Shown here: piece after piece, positions 44,487 through 55,729 of the stretch
Numbering within the stretch: position 1 is the stretch's first letter
How the letters are laid out: each line of letters opens with the position of its first letter
Assembly (NCBI GenBank): GCA_001683985.1
Contig: MAEO01000227.1
Location: forward strand, 4,958-68,957
DNA length: 64,000 nucleotides
Reading direction: 5' to 3'
Source of the DNA: Smithella sp. M82
GTDB lineage: Bacteria > Desulfobacterota > Syntrophia > Syntrophales > Smithellaceae
Position numbers and translations under genes: made by a program
Notes under the pieces: generated by a model
What the model was told of the DNA's origin: nothing
What the model saw: the letters and a program-made list of their open reading frames with translations, nothing else
The model's database searches: none

Positions 44487-45916
44487 TGGATTTTGAAACA
44501 ATAATCGGGCTGGAAGTTCATGCCCAAATGTTAACAGATACGAAAATTTTCTGCGGTTGCTCCACCAAATTCGGCGCGGCGCCCAACAGTCATACATGCC
44601 CTGTCTGCCTCGGTATGCCGGGTGTTTTGCCGGTGCTCAATAAAAAAGTAGTCGAATACGCTATGAAGATGGCGCTGGCAACAAATTGTGTCATAAATAA
44701 ATCCTGCGAATTTGCCCGTAAAAATTATTTTTATCCCGATCTGCCCAAAGGCTATCAGATATCCCAGTATGCCTATCCGCTTGCCGAACACGGCTATGTC
44801 CTGCTGGAAACCAACGGTGAACAGAGAAAAATCGGCATCACCAGAATTCATATGGAGGAAGATGCGGGAAAACTTCTTCATGATGAACATAATCCGGTCA
44901 GTTATGTTGATTTGAATCGTACCGGCGTCCCCCTGATTGAAATCGTCAGTGAACCGGATATGCGCTCGCCGGAAGAAGCGGCCGACTATCTCAAACGTTT
45001 GCATGAAATTCTGGTTTATCTGGAAATCTGCGACGGCAATATGGAGGAAGGATCTTTTCGCTGCGACGCCAATGTATCCATCAGACCACGAGGTCAGAAG
45101 GAGTACGGCACCCGAACGGAATTAAAAAACATGAATTCCTTCCGCAATGTACAGCGTGCGTTGGAGTATGAAATCAAGCGCCAGCAGTATCTTGTGGAAA
45201 ACGGCGAAACCGTCGTTCAGGAAACGCGGCTGTGGGATGACGCGCAGGGCGTTACCAGTTCCATGCGCAGCAAGGAAGAGGCGCACGACTATCGTTATTT
45301 CCCGGATCCTGATCTGGTGCCGATTATGATTGATGACGCATGGGTGAAAAAAATCAATGAAGAACTTCCCGAATTGCCGCCGGCCAAACGGGAAAGATTT
45401 ATCAAGGATTACCAGATTCCCGCCTACGACGTGGGGGTGCTCACAGCCGATAAAGCGCTGGCGCTTTACTATGAAGAAGTCGTCAAACTCTGTAATAAAC
45501 CCAAAGTAGCCAGTAACTGGCTGATGGGTGATGTCATGCGTTTTCTTAATGAAGACAAACGCTCTATCCGTGAATGCCCCATCAAACCGGAATCGCTGGC
45601 CGATATGATTAAGCTGATTGAAGAAGGCGCCATTAGCGGAAAGATGGCCAAAGAAGTCGTGGAAGATATGTACAAAACAGGCAAGTCTCCACAGGAGATC
45701 ATCAAGGAAAAAGGATTGGTACAGATTACTGATGAAGGAGAACTGGTCAAGGCTATCACTTCCATCATCGAAGCCAATCAAGCGCAGGTTGTGGAATATC
45801 GCGGAGGGAAGGAAAAAGTCTTCGGTTTCTTTGTCGGTCAGGTTATGAAAGCAACAAAGGGTAAAGCCAATCCGCAACTCGTTAATGAACTTCTCAAGAA
45901 AATGCTTGCCGGATGA
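44486..45916 (+). CDS. gatB: Asp/Glu-tRNA amidotransferase subunit B
   Basis: 476-aa [33 protein letters not shown]. Confidence 0.95.
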   Translation: MDFETIIGLEVHAQMLTDTKIFCGCSTKFGAAPNSHTCPVCLGMPGVLPVLNKKVVEYAMKMALATNCVINKSCEFARKNYFYPDLPKGYQISQYAYPLAEHGYVLLETNGEQRKIGITRIHMEEDAGKLLHDEHNPVSYVDLNRTGVPLIEIVSEPDMRSPEEAADYLKRLHEILVYLEICDGNMEEGSFRCDANVSIRPRGQKEYGTRTELKNMNSFRNVQRALEYEIKRQQYLVENGETVVQETRLWDDAQGVTSSMRSKEEAHDYRYFPDPDLVPIMIDDAWVKKINEELPELPPAKRERFIKDYQIPAYDVGVLTADKALALYYEEVVKLCNKPKVASNWLMGDVMRFLNEDKRSIRECPIKPESLADMIKLIEEGAISGKMAKEVVEDMYKTGKSPQEIIKEKGLVQITDEGELVKAITSIIEANQAQVVEYRGGKEKVFGFFVGQVMKATKGKANPQLVNELLKKMLAG

Positions 45917-46965
45917 TGATCAAAACAATTTTTTGGAAAAACAATTCTGTAGTTTTAATCGACCAGAACGCTTTGCCGCTTGTTGAAAGACACGTTCTCT
46001 GCAAATCGTATAAAGAAGTAATTTCCGCTATTAAAAATTTAACCGTGCGAGGCGCGCCGGCTATCGGCGTTGCTGCTGCAATGGGCGTTGCTCTGGGAGC
46101 ATTACGGCTGCCGCCTCTACCGCCGGAAAAATTCCGTAAACAACTTTTGGCCATTTGTGAAGAAATCGCCAAGTCCAGGCCGACGGCGCGCAATCTCTTC
46201 TGGGCGCTGGAGCGAATGAAGAAAGTTATCAATCATTCACGTCAGACATCCCAACGAGATTCAGTAAAAGAACTGATCAAGGAAGCCATCCATATCTGTT
46301 CTGAAGATATAGAAATAAACCGCCAAATAGGTAAAAATGGAGGATTTCTTTTTACCAATGGTGACAATATCCTCACTCATTGCAATGCCGGTGCCCTGGC
46401 GACGGCCGGATACGGAACAGCGCTGGGTGTCATCCGCGCGGCCGGCGAAAAAGGCAAAAAACTGCATGTTTATGTGGATGAAACGAGGCCCGTACTTCAG
46501 GGAGCAAGGCTCACCACCTGGGAACTGAAAAAAGAAAAAATTCCTTTTACGCTGATTACCGACAATATGGCGGGCTTCCTGATGAGCCAGGGGAAAATTG
46601 ATAAGATTATTGTGGGAGCTGACAGAATAGCTGCAAACGGCGACACCGCCAACAAAATCGGCACTTATTCTCTGGCAGTTCTGGCTCAAGTTCATCACAT
46701 TCCGTTTTATATTGCCGCTCCGGTTTCGACAATTGATACCTCTTTAAAAACGGGAATATCCATTCCCATTGAAGAGAGAAAAAGTGACGAAGTAACACAT
46801 TTTAAAAAAGTCCGCAGCGCGCCCACGGGAACCAAAGTTTATAACCCGGCTTTCGATATAACGCCGGCTAAATTTATCACAGCAATTATTACGGAAAAAG
46901 GAATCCTCAGAAAACCATATAGCATTTCCATTTCCCGTATCCACAAAGGGGAAAAGCATTCATGA
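45913..46965 (+). CDS. mtnA: S-methyl-5-thioribose-1-phosphate isomerase
   Basis: 350-aa ORF of the eIF-2B alpha/beta/delta-like family. [24 protein letters not shown]. Start overlaps the gatB stop. Confidence 0.85.
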   Translation: MMIKTIFWKNNSVVLIDQNALPLVERHVLCKSYKEVISAIKNLTVRGAPAIGVAAAMGVALGALRLPPLPPEKFRKQLLAICEEIAKSRPTARNLFWALERMKKVINHSRQTSQRDSVKELIKEAIHICSEDIEINRQIGKNGGFLFTNGDNILTHCNAGALATAGYGTALGVIRAAGEKGKKLHVYVDETRPVLQGARLTTWELKKEKIPFTLITDNMAGFLMSQGKIDKIIVGADRIAANGDTANKIGTYSLAVLAQVHHIPFYIAAPVSTIDTSLKTGISIPIEERKSDEVTHFKKVRSAPTGTKVYNPAFDITPAKFITAIITEKGILRKPYSISISRIHKGEKHS

Positions 46966-47582
46966 AATTGTTTCTTTTTGATTTTGACGGTGTCCTTGTC
47001 GACTCACTGGATGTTTACGAAAAAACAGTTACCGATTGCCTTATAAAAATTAATCGGCCTTTAACACGCGGCCGAGAAGAATTTCTGGAGCTTTTTGATG
47101 ATAATTTTTATGAATCACTGGAAAAGAAAGGTGTTGATTTGGATGTGTTTATGAAAGCTGCCGAAGATATTCCCGCAAAAATTGATTACGGTAAAATGAA
47201 ACCATTTACCGCTATGCGGCCGGTTCTCGATGAACTCAAAAAGAATAATATTCTTATTGTTATTTCTTCAAATGACAGCCCGACAATTCAGGAAGCTCTG
47301 CGCCTCTATAACTTCAACGGAATATTTCAGGAAATTCTAGGGGCTGATTTCAAGTTCAGTAAAAAAGAAAAAAATCTTTACGCCATAAAAAAATATTCAA
47401 CAGCGCCGAGAGATATTTATTATATAGGCGATACAACCGGCGATATCAAAGAGGGAAAACAAGCCGGTGTGAAAACAGTCGGTGTAACATGGGGCTGGCA
47501 CAGTAAAGAAAAAATGGCCGCATCCAAACCCGATCATCTTTTTGACAGCCCTCAGGAATTGCTGAATTTAATTCACGATTGA
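46962..47582 (+). CDS. HAD-superfamily hydrolase (phosphoglycolate-phosphatase-like)
   Basis: 206-aa ORF. Motif I FDFDGVLVDS and motif IV-like GDTTGD. Confidence 0.75.
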   Translation: MKLFLFDFDGVLVDSLDVYEKTVTDCLIKINRPLTRGREEFLELFDDNFYESLEKKGVDLDVFMKAAEDIPAKIDYGKMKPFTAMRPVLDELKKNNILIVISSNDSPTIQEALRLYNFNGIFQEILGADFKFSKKEKNLYAIKKYSTAPRDIYYIGDTTGDIKEGKQAGVKTVGVTWGWHSKEKMAASKPDHLFDSPQELLNLIHD

Positions 47583-47599
47583 CTCACTTCTTGTTTTTT

Positions 47600-48502
47600 T
47601 TATGGTTGAAAGTATTTAAAATGAGTTTCCAGCAGGCGGTGTTTGTCAAAATCTTTGAGTTTCAGATATTCAGGCGTTGTTCCGGCAAAAGCGCATTCCG
47701 GTGCAAGACCGACTAATTCCGATTCCAATATTTTTATGCCGCCTTCAGTCGCCAGGATCTTCACCCGGTCAAAAACAGTTTTCAGCGGCGTTTCTTTGCA
47801 GTCGATTAAATTAACGGATACCTGCGCCAGTCCGCGGCTTTTCAACATTACTCCAATAGCCCGCACAGATTTCAATCCGCCGCCTTTTTCTCTGATTTTC
47901 GAAGCGATATATTTTGCCAGATGTAAATCATCACTGGCCAGATTGATATTATAAGCAACCAGTAAATCTCTGGCGCCAACGACAGCAGCGCCGGAACGTA
48001 CGTTGAATTGTTCCCCTCCTTCGTCGGGAACAGCCTCTTTTAAGGTAATCTTTTCTGCCAATCCTTCATATCCGCCGCGCCTGATATCAGGCAATTCCAC
48101 ATACTGATCTTTTCGCGCCGCAAATCCATAAAAATATACGGAAACTCCGAAGTGTTCACTCAACTGTTTCCCAAAAACATGCGCCAGATCAACCGCATCT
48201 TTCATTTCAGCAGAACCCAATGGAATAAAAGGCACAACATCAACCGCGCCCAGCCGCGGATGGGCCCCGCCATGTTTACGCATGTCAATAAGCTCCAAAG
48301 CTTTGCCGCAGGCAGCTAATGCCGCTTTCATCACGTCTTTAGGCTTTCCCAAAAAAGTAAAAACGCTTCTGTTGTGATCGGCATCACTACTGAAATCGGC
48401 CAGCCGCACATCCGGAAATGATTTAAAAACAGCAACAATTTCCTTGATTTTTCCGGTGTCCCGTCCTTCACTGAAATTCGGCACGCATTCAATGATTTTC
48501 AT
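47600..48502 (-). CDS. glutamate formimidoyltransferase
   Basis: 300-aa ORF. The N-terminus IECVPNFSEGRD is characteristic of the FtcD formiminotransferase domain. Confidence 0.8.
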   Translation of the reverse strand: MKIIECVPNFSEGRDTGKIKEIVAVFKSFPDVRLADFSSDADHNRSVFTFLGKPKDVMKAALAACGKALELIDMRKHGGAHPRLGAVDVVPFIPLGSAEMKDAVDLAHVFGKQLSEHFGVSVYFYGFAARKDQYVELPDIRRGGYEGLAEKITLKEAVPDEGGEQFNVRSGAAVVGARDLLVAYNINLASDDLHLAKYIASKIREKGGGLKSVRAIGVMLKSRGLAQVSVNLIDCKETPLKTVFDRVKILATEGGIKILESELVGLAPECAFAGTTPEYLKLKDFDKHRLLETHFKYFQP

Positions 48503-48504
48503 TA

Positions 48505-49152
48505 CTAAGCCTGATAAATTTTTACATCCGGCAACTCAACACAGGTCAGCTTTCCGCCATAAACTGCGCCTGTATCAATGCCTATTTTATTCTTCCTGAT
48601 TAACGGTTTCTCCCCTACCGGGGTGTGACCGAAGACAACTATTTTACCAATGTCTTTTTCGCTTTCTATAAACTCGTATCTGACCCATAACAAATCATAC
48701 ATTCCCTGCTCGGCCAAGGGTACGTCAGGATTTAAACCTGCGTGAACAAATATATATATCCCTTCTTCATAATAAGGCAGCAGAGATTTGAAAAAAGTCT
48801 GATGATCAGCGGGAACCTTGCTTTTTCTTTTTTCAATATCGTCATAAAGAAATATTTCATAGGAGTGAAGGGTGTTTATACCTCCATTTACCAGATACAT
48901 GTCCTCATCCACACCTTCAAGATAGTTCAAAAACATTCTTTCATGATTACCGAGAAGACATACTAAATTTTTGTATTTGCTTTGCAGTTGCAGTATATAA
49001 TCCACAACTTCTTTACTGAACCGACCGCGATCAATGTAATCACCTACGAAAACCAACGTGTCATTGCGGCTATCGATATCAATCCCGGACATCAGCTCTT
49101 CGAGTTTTTCCAGACAACCGTGGATATCTCCTATGGCAAATATTTTACCCAT
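48505..49152 (-). CDS. PPP-family metallophosphoesterase (Ser/Thr phosphatase / ApaH-like)
   Basis: 215-aa ORF. GDIHG, GDYIDRG and GNHE motifs. Confidence 0.8.
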   Translation of the reverse strand: MGKIFAIGDIHGCLEKLEELMSGIDIDSRNDTLVFVGDYIDRGRFSKEVVDYILQLQSKYKNLVCLLGNHERMFLNYLEGVDEDMYLVNGGINTLHSYEIFLYDDIEKRKSKVPADHQTFFKSLLPYYEEGIYIFVHAGLNPDVPLAEQGMYDLLWVRYEFIESEKDIGKIVVFGHTPVGEKPLIRKNKIGIDTGAVYGGKLTCVELPDVKIYQA

Positions 49153-49216
49153 GATACCTTGTCGGAATTTTATAATTGTTTAATTCAAACACGATAAACC
49201 GGATAAGTGCGTTAAC

Positions 49217-49255
49217 GAGATTATTTTCTGCCGGAAAAGCGCAGAAAATAATCTC
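49217..49255. other. Perfect 15-bp-stem hairpin abutting the ftsY stop codon
   Basis: GAGATTATTTTCTGC-cggaaaagc-GCAGAAAATAATCTC. No T-tract on either side. Confidence 0.6.
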
Positions 49256-50226
49256 TAACTTACTAAAAGAGCATTTGTAAAATCCGCACTGTCGAAAACG
49301 CGTAAATCATCCAGATCCTCCCCGACCCCGATATATCGTACCGGCAGGGCCAGTTCACTGGCTATACGCACTAGCACGCCGCCCTTGGATGTGCCATCAA
49401 GTTTTGTCAGAACAATGCCGGTTGCTCCGATTTCTTCTTTAAAAGTTTTCGCCTGGGCAACGGCATTCTGGCCTGTTGTCGCATCCAAGATTAACAATAT
49501 TTCCGGTGACATTTCTGGCATTTCTTTGTTAATAATTTTCTTTACCTTTTTTAACTCTTCCATCAAATTTACTCTGGTATGCAACCGTCCGGCAGTATCC
49601 ACAATGACAACTCCGGAATAACCGGCTTTAATCTTTGCCATAGCGTCAAAGACAACCGCGGCCGGATCGGCATTCATTTTTTGCTTGATAACCGGAGCTC
49701 CAACGCGTTGACCCCAGATTTCAAGCTGTTCGACAGCTGCCGCCCGGAAAGTATCGGCGGCAACCAACATAACCTCATAACCATCGCTTTTCAATGAACC
49801 GGCTAATTTACCAATCGTGGTTGTCTTGCCGCTGCCGTTAACCCCTATGGTCATTATAATAAAAGGCTTTCCCTTGGGGATAGACAGGGGCTTTTCCATT
49901 TTTTGTAAAATAGAATTCATCCGCTCCTGCAAAACTTTTTTAATTTCCTGAGCGTTTTGAAGTTCATTACGGTTTACGCGCTGTTTGACATCATCAATCA
50001 AATCGTAAGTAAACTGGGGCCCCATATCCGCGGAAATTAAAAGCTCTTCCAGTTCTTCAAAGAGTTCCTTATCCAGAACTCTTTTGCCGAAAATAAGATT
50101 ATCCAGATTTTTTGTCAGAGCATCTCTAGTCTTGGTCAGCCCATTTTTTATTTTTTCAAAAAAACTTATCTTTGCCATGAAAACACCTTTCCTATGATAT
50201 TGGTATTTAATAGCTGCTTTTTGCAA
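49255..50226 (-). CDS. ftsY: signal recognition particle receptor FtsY
   Basis: GVNGSGKTTTIGKL, DTAGRL and TKLDGT GTPase motifs. The likely true start is MAKISFFEK at 50178. Confidence 0.9.
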   Translation of the reverse strand: MQKAAIKYQYHRKGVFMAKISFFEKIKNGLTKTRDALTKNLDNLIFGKRVLDKELFEELEELLISADMGPQFTYDLIDDVKQRVNRNELQNAQEIKKVLQERMNSILQKMEKPLSIPKGKPFIIMTIGVNGSGKTTTIGKLAGSLKSDGYEVMLVAADTFRAAAVEQLEIWGQRVGAPVIKQKMNADPAAVVFDAMAKIKAGYSGVVIVDTAGRLHTRVNLMEELKKVKKIINKEMPEMSPEILLILDATTGQNAVAQAKTFKEEIGATGIVLTKLDGTSKGGVLVRIASELALPVRYIGVGEDLDDLRVFDSADFTNALLVS

Positions 50227-50242
50227 AGAAGTAAAGAATGGA

Positions 50243-53200
50243 TTAATTAAGACTTACGGAAACCAGAGACGATATCCCCTGCTTTTGCATTGTCACTCCA
50301 AAGAGCGTATCGGCTACTTCCATAGCGCTCTTGTTATGAGTAATCATAACAACCTGTGATTTCTGGGCAACATCTTTGATCAGACGGTTGAACAGATTAG
50401 TGTTGGCATCGTCGAGAGCGGCGTCAACTTCATCCAGCACCAAAAACGGAGACGGACGATACTTTAAAATGGCAAAGATCAGAGAAACAGCAACCAGGGA
50501 TTTTTCACCGCCTGATAGTAAATTAACATTCTGCTTTCTCTTGCCGGGAACTTGTATGTCAATATCAACTCCCGTTTCCAGCAAATCACTTTCATCAGTC
50601 AGAACCAGTTCCCCCCGACCGCCCGGAAAGATCTGCGCGAATACCTCCTTAAAACAAACATTGACTGCTTCGAAAGTCTCAGCAAATCTGGCGCGTGAAA
50701 TTTTATTAATGCGTGTTATCGTTCTTTGCAAAACATTAAGTGAAGTATTCAAATCCGCTATCTGTGCAGACAAGAAATTATAACGTTTATCAAGCTCTTC
50801 ATACTCGCTAAGGGCCAACAAATTTACTTCGCCGAATTCATCTATTGTTTGTTTGTTTTTTTCCAATAAGGCTATGAGTTCGGCAAATTTCTCTTCTTCA
50901 ATTTTTGTAAATCCGACCGCCATGTTTTTCAGATCAACATCATGTTTTTCGGCAATTATCTTTCTCAAATTTTCGCCATTCAAGGCTACTTCGCGAAATT
51001 GAATTTCCATCTCATTTATCTGCTGACGTAATTCATCAAGCTTCTTTTTAGCTTCTCTGATTTCATTTTCTTTTACTTTCAGTTGCGCATCTTCCCGATT
51101 TTGTGTCGCCTTTTTTTCTGCCAGAGAAGTTTCCTGAGCTGCAAAATCGGCATAAAGGCCATTGAGTATCGTTCGCTCGGTTTCAATTGCCTGGGTTAAT
51201 TCGATGATCTGCTTTTCACAGGAGACTATTTCTTCAGCTTTAGAACTATTTTCACTTTCTATAGTGGTGATATCATTTTGCAGCCGCAGTATTGTACGCA
51301 AATCAGCTTCCTTCTTCTCCTCTGAAGAAGCCTTTTCTATTTTCTTATCCGTTAAATACCGCTCCTGCTCATCGATTAACACCCGTGTCTGTTCTCTTTC
51401 CGCGTTTAAATTGGAAATAATCGCATTGATTTCCTTTTCTTCTTCATCTTTGATTAAAAGATCGGCGCTGAACTTTTGCAATCTTTCTTCGGCTTCAGTT
51501 TCTTCCGCCTTGATGTTTTGCCGGTTAAACTCCAAAACGGCAATTCTTTGTCTTAGCCTATTCGTTTCGTCTCCGAAGCGTTCGTGATCCTTTTTCCTGC
51601 CGTTAATGGCTATCTCCAGCAAATGGATTTTATTTCTTATTTGAGCCAATTCTTCTTCCCCCTGGGCTATAATAGAAATAAGTTTCTTCTTCTGCTCTGT
51701 TTTCTCTTCCAAATCTGAAGTAAGCGATGATACTTCGCTTTTCAGTTCACTAATTTCCCTCTTTGTAGCAAGAAGACTTTTTTCCACAGCTGATCCGCTG
51801 CCGCCTGTCAGCACCCCATTCGGGCTGATAATATCTCCATCGGGTGTAACAAAGGTTCCTTTGAAATCATTTTGTTTCCAGAGAGAAAGACCTTTTTCAA
51901 TTGTTGGTGTGAGAAGAACATTTCCCAGCAGACATTCGGCAATTTGCTTAAAATCTTCCTGAACTTTAACTTTCTGTAATAAGTATTCAGCTTCATGATG
52001 ATGTTCTTCGCTGAAAGTTTTCGCATCGCGGTTTCTCAAATCCACTGATACAAAACTACCGCGGCCCAATTGATGATTTTTTAAATAATCGATAGCGCGA
52101 ACTCCGTCTTCCTGACTTTTGACAACCACATACTGAAGTTTTTCACCCAGTACAGCTTCCACAGCCGCTTCATACTCACGGGAAACATTTATATGGTCAG
52201 CTACGACTCCATAAAAATTATCTTTATAATCATTATTCCCCATAATTGTCTTAACACCTTCATTACTCCACTTATATGCTTCCTGAAATTCTTTCAGCGA
52301 ATCCAATCGGGATGACTTAACACTGATATCTTCTTTAATCTTAGCGATATTTTCTTCGTTTGATTGTAAATCCGATTTGTATCTTTCAATTTCACTTGTT
52401 GCCGTCGCTCTTCTTGCTCCTAATTGAATGATTTCTTCTTCGTCCTTTGTTAATTCTTCATTTACCGATGCCAGTTTGCCCATCAAATCAGCAAACAATT
52501 TTTTATCATCCTCCAGTTCGTGTGTTTCTCTTTCCTCACGTTTTTTCAAATCTTCGATATTTTTACTGAGGCTGGAAATCATGTTCTTTAGTTTGGCTTT
52601 TTCCGTCACTATATCGATATACAAAATTTTCTTTTCTTCCAACTGAGTGTGAGCTGTTTTATCAATGTCAGCCAGTCCCTGCACTTTTTGCTGAATTTCG
52701 TCATGTTCTGTTTTCAGAAAAGCTATTCTGCTCTCGGCTTCAGTCACACTTTGTTGCAAAGTTTCAATTTCAGCAATTAAATCGGATTTTTTTGCAACGA
52801 GCAGTTGAATCTCTGCCAAATCTTTCTGCCTGCGTTCCGTAGTATCCTCAACCTGGCGGCGGGCGAATTCGATATTTTTCTCTTTAATACTGATGGTGTT
52901 TTTTATCTCATAGAGCTCCTGCTGTCTCCTGGCTATTAACTCCTCATTTTCCAGAAGTTTTATTTTCAGCTCTTCCAAAACCGATTCTTTAGCTTCAAGG
53001 TTTGCATGAAGGACTGTATTTTGATTTTGCAATTCAACACGTATAGCCTGCAAAAAAGTTTCTTTCTCTGTAAGTTCAACATAATTTTGCAGAGCAATCA
53101 TTAATTCCGTTTCTTTTACCTGCTGCTTTATGTTTTTATATTGTTCCGCTCTTTTGGCCTGACGGGAAATAGTATTGAGCTGAGATTTTACTTCTTTAAT

Positions 53201-53791
53201 GATATCGTTCAGCCGCAATATATTTTGTTTTGTCGCCTCCATTTTACGGACCGCGGCTTCCTTACGACTTTTGTATTTGGATACACCGGCGGCATCCTCA
53301 ATGAACAATCTCCTGTCTTCAGGCTTGGCTTCAACCAGATTTTGCACATGTCCTTGTTCAATCAGAGAATATGTTCTGGCGCCAATACCGGTACCCATGA
53401 AAAATTCCTTGACATCAAGAAGCCTGCAGGGAACCTTGTTTATATAGTATTCATGCTCACCTTCGCAAATGACTTTACGGGAAATAGAAACCTCACTCAA
53501 GTCGGAATAAGATCCAGGGAAATTTTGACCGTTGGCAACCAAAGTCATGGTAACTTCCGCCATACTTACCGGCGCGGAATCCTGACTGCCGTTGAAAACA
53601 ACGTCATCCATCTTTGTCCCGCGCAACGCTTTGACACGTTGTTCACCCATTACCCAACGAATCGCGTCAACGATATTGGATTTTCCGCAACCGTTGGGCC
53701 CGACAATCCCTGTAATTCCGTCGTGAAAATTAAGGATAACTTTATCGCGAAATGATTTAAAACCGGATATTTCTAACTTTTTTAAATTCAT
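50243..53791 (-). CDS. smc: chromosome segregation protein SMC
   Basis: 1182-aa ORF. Walker A GPNGCGKSN, long coiled coils, hinge, signature LSGGEKS, Walker B FLVLDEVDAALD. Confidence 0.95.
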   Translation of the reverse strand: MNLKKLEISGFKSFRDKVILNFHDGITGIVGPNGCGKSNIVDAIRWVMGEQRVKALRGTKMDDVVFNGSQDSAPVSMAEVTMTLVANGQNFPGSYSDLSEVSISRKVICEGEHEYYINKVPCRLLDVKEFFMGTGIGARTYSLIEQGHVQNLVEAKPEDRRLFIEDAAGVSKYKSRKEAAVRKMEATKQNILRLNDIIKEVKSQLNTISRQAKRAEQYKNIKQQVKETELMIALQNYVELTEKETFLQAIRVELQNQNTVLHANLEAKESVLEELKIKLLENEELIARRQQELYEIKNTISIKEKNIEFARRQVEDTTERRQKDLAEIQLLVAKKSDLIAEIETLQQSVTEAESRIAFLKTEHDEIQQKVQGLADIDKTAHTQLEEKKILYIDIVTEKAKLKNMISSLSKNIEDLKKREERETHELEDDKKLFADLMGKLASVNEELTKDEEEIIQLGARRATATSEIERYKSDLQSNEENIAKIKEDISVKSSRLDSLKEFQEAYKWSNEGVKTIMGNNDYKDNFYGVVADHINVSREYEAAVEAVLGEKLQYVVVKSQEDGVRAIDYLKNHQLGRGSFVSVDLRNRDAKTFSEEHHHEAEYLLQKVKVQEDFKQIAECLLGNVLLTPTIEKGLSLWKQNDFKGTFVTPDGDIISPNGVLTGGSGSAVEKSLLATKREISELKSEVSSLTSDLEEKTEQKKKLISIIAQGEEELAQIRNKIHLLEIAINGRKKDHERFGDETNRLRQRIAVLEFNRQNIKAEETEAEERLQKFSADLLIKDEEEKEINAIISNLNAEREQTRVLIDEQERYLTDKKIEKASSEEKKEADLRTILRLQNDITTIESENSSKAEEIVSCEKQIIELTQAIETERTILNGLYADFAAQETSLAEKKATQNREDAQLKVKENEIREAKKKLDELRQQINEMEIQFREVALNGENLRKIIAEKHDVDLKNMAVGFTKIEEEKFAELIALLEKNKQTIDEFGEVNLLALSEYEELDKRYNFLSAQIADLNTSLNVLQRTITRINKISRARFAETFEAVNVCFKEVFAQIFPGGRGELVLTDESDLLETGVDIDIQVPGKRKQNVNLLSGGEKSLVAVSLIFAILKYRPSPFLVLDEVDAALDDANTNLFNRLIKDVAQKSQVVMITHNKSAMEVADTLFGVTMQKQGISSLVSVSLN

Positions 53792-54084
53792 AATCCTTCT
53801 TTAATGTTTTAGGTGGAATTGGCAAAATACTAACAAAAGATTACTACTTTGTAAAGAAAAAATACAACAAATGGTATTATCTGATAATTTATACCACAAC
53901 ATATAGTGCTTTGATCTTCTTTGCTTTTTTCCGCATTTTCTTTAAATTACAGTAATTTTCAGACATAAAAAGCTCTTAAATATAAATTCGGGAGTAAAAA
54001 GCTGGAAAAACCGGCGGTAAAATATATTTGCAGAATTTTGTATTACAAAATTAGCATAGAATGCAAATGATCCGCTAAATTTAA

Positions 54085-54630
54085 TTATGCTCCTAACAAT
54101 TTCAATGCAATCAATGCTGCTGCTCTGGCATCACTTAATGCTTCATGGTGATTCAGCTCTATTCCATAGTAATTACAAACAGTCGATAACTTATGGTTCA
54201 TCAGACGGGGTAAATTTCTGCGTGCTGATTGACAAGTGCAGAAACTGGCCGGCAAATTATAATTAATCCCATATTTTTCGCAACAGGCCGTTAATACTTT
54301 TATATCAAATACTGCATTATGCGCTACCAACATTTCCGAACCAGCCAAATATTCGGACATCTCGCTCCACAATTCACCAAATGAAGGAAAACCGCTTACT
54401 TTTTTAGCGTCGATATTGTGCAGTTCAGTAAAAAATGGAACAAAAAAGTTAGGGGATGGTTTTATATAACTTGAATACGTCTTTATTATTTCACTTTTTT
54501 CAACAACCACTATTCCTATCTGACAGGCGCTGGTTATGCTGTAATTAGCAGTTTCAAAATCAATTGCCGTAAAATTCAGCTTATTTTTATTTACGGCAAT
54601 GTTATTTTTACGCCCTAATGTTGTCCTCAT
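54085..54630 (-). CDS. DEDDh 3'-5' exonuclease (DnaQ/epsilon-like)
   Basis: 181-aa ORF. ExoI FTAIDFETAN, ExoII LVAHNAVFD, ExoIII HEALSDA. Confidence 0.8.
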   Translation of the reverse strand: MRTTLGRKNNIAVNKNKLNFTAIDFETANYSITSACQIGIVVVEKSEIIKTYSSYIKPSPNFFVPFFTELHNIDAKKVSGFPSFGELWSEMSEYLAGSEMLVAHNAVFDIKVLTACCEKYGINYNLPASFCTCQSARRNLPRLMNHKLSTVCNYYGIELNHHEALSDARAAALIALKLLGA

Positions 54631-54662
54631 AGTTGGCTACTTTTGACAATTCAAATTGAAGA

Positions 54663-55337
54663 CTATTTTGATTGTTTGAAAACGTCAAACTCTCTCTTCA
54701 GCCAGTCGGTCCAGTCTTCTATACCCGAACCTGTTACACAAGACACCTCTATGATCTTGATATCGGGATTTAAAGCCAAAACCCGTTTACGCAGCGCAGA
54801 CATGTCAAAATTGCTGAGCGACAAATAATCAATCTTATTAATAAGCAATACATCACAGATGGAAAACATCAAAGGATATTTAAGAGGTTTATCATCCCCT
54901 TCGGGAACGCTCAGGATCATCACATTTTTGTGAGCGCCGGTATCAAATTCCGCCGGACAAACCAGATTCCCTACATTCTCAATGATTATAATATCAAGAT
55001 CCTTCACAGGCAGAGCTTCAATACCCTGATTAACCATCGTGGCATCTACATGACAGAATCCCCCGGTCCTGAGCTGAACGGCAGATATGCCCTGGGCGGC
55101 AACTTTTTCCGCATCAACCTTGGATTCAATATCAGCCTCAATCACACCCAAACGCAATTTGCCTTTCAACTTGGCAATCGTTTGAAGAATCAGACTGGTT
55201 TTACCAGAACCCGGTGAAGACATCAGGTTTAAGAGCATAGTCTCTGTCTTGCGAAGCTGCTCCCGAACTTCGGCAGCTACTTTTACGTTATCCGCAAGGA
55301 TTTCTTCCTTAACTTCTATCAGCCTGACTTCGTCCAC
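54663..55337 (-). CDS. hypB: hydrogenase nickel incorporation GTPase HypB
   Basis: 224-aa ORF. GSPGSGKT P-loop, ENVGNLVCPA, NKIDL. Confidence 0.9.
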   Translation of the reverse strand: MDEVRLIEVKEEILADNVKVAAEVREQLRKTETMLLNLMSSPGSGKTSLILQTIAKLKGKLRLGVIEADIESKVDAEKVAAQGISAVQLRTGGFCHVDATMVNQGIEALPVKDLDIIIIENVGNLVCPAEFDTGAHKNVMILSVPEGDDKPLKYPLMFSICDVLLINKIDYLSLSNFDMSALRKRVLALNPDIKIIEVSCVTGSGIEDWTDWLKREFDVFKQSK

Positions 55338-55687
55338 TATTGCACCTCCATCTCTTTGATATAATATTCCCTTCCGGAAACAAGCGTAATGTTTTTTCTT
55401 CCGCAGGCTGGACAGATAAGTTCGCCCAAATTTGTTGCCTGGACTTCATAAGAAGCAGCGCAATCACTGCATTGCACCATGATCGGCATTCTTTCAATCT
55501 TGAGTTTTGCCCCCTGGGCCAAGGTGTCCTTGCTCAGGTAATCAAAATAGCGCTGAATCCATTCATCTTCGAGATCGCTTAACTTGCCTATCTGCAAATG
55601 AATGGCCACTACCTGTCGCACATTGTTTTTCTCTGCGTGTTTTAAGACAATCTTTAAAATACTCTCAGTAACCGGAAGTTCATGCAT
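55337..55687 (-). CDS. hypA: hydrogenase maturation nickel metallochaperone HypA
   Basis: 116-aa ORF. The MHE N-terminus is the Ni site; the zinc-ribbon cysteines are CSDC...CPAC. Confidence 0.85.
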   Translation of the reverse strand: MHELPVTESILKIVLKHAEKNNVRQVVAIHLQIGKLSDLEDEWIQRYFDYLSKDTLAQGAKLKIERMPIMVQCSDCAASYEVQATNLGELICPACGRKNITLVSGREYYIKEMEVQ

Positions 55688-55729
55688 ATTTGGACATTAC
55701 CCCAATTCTAAAATAATTTTTGCACATCT

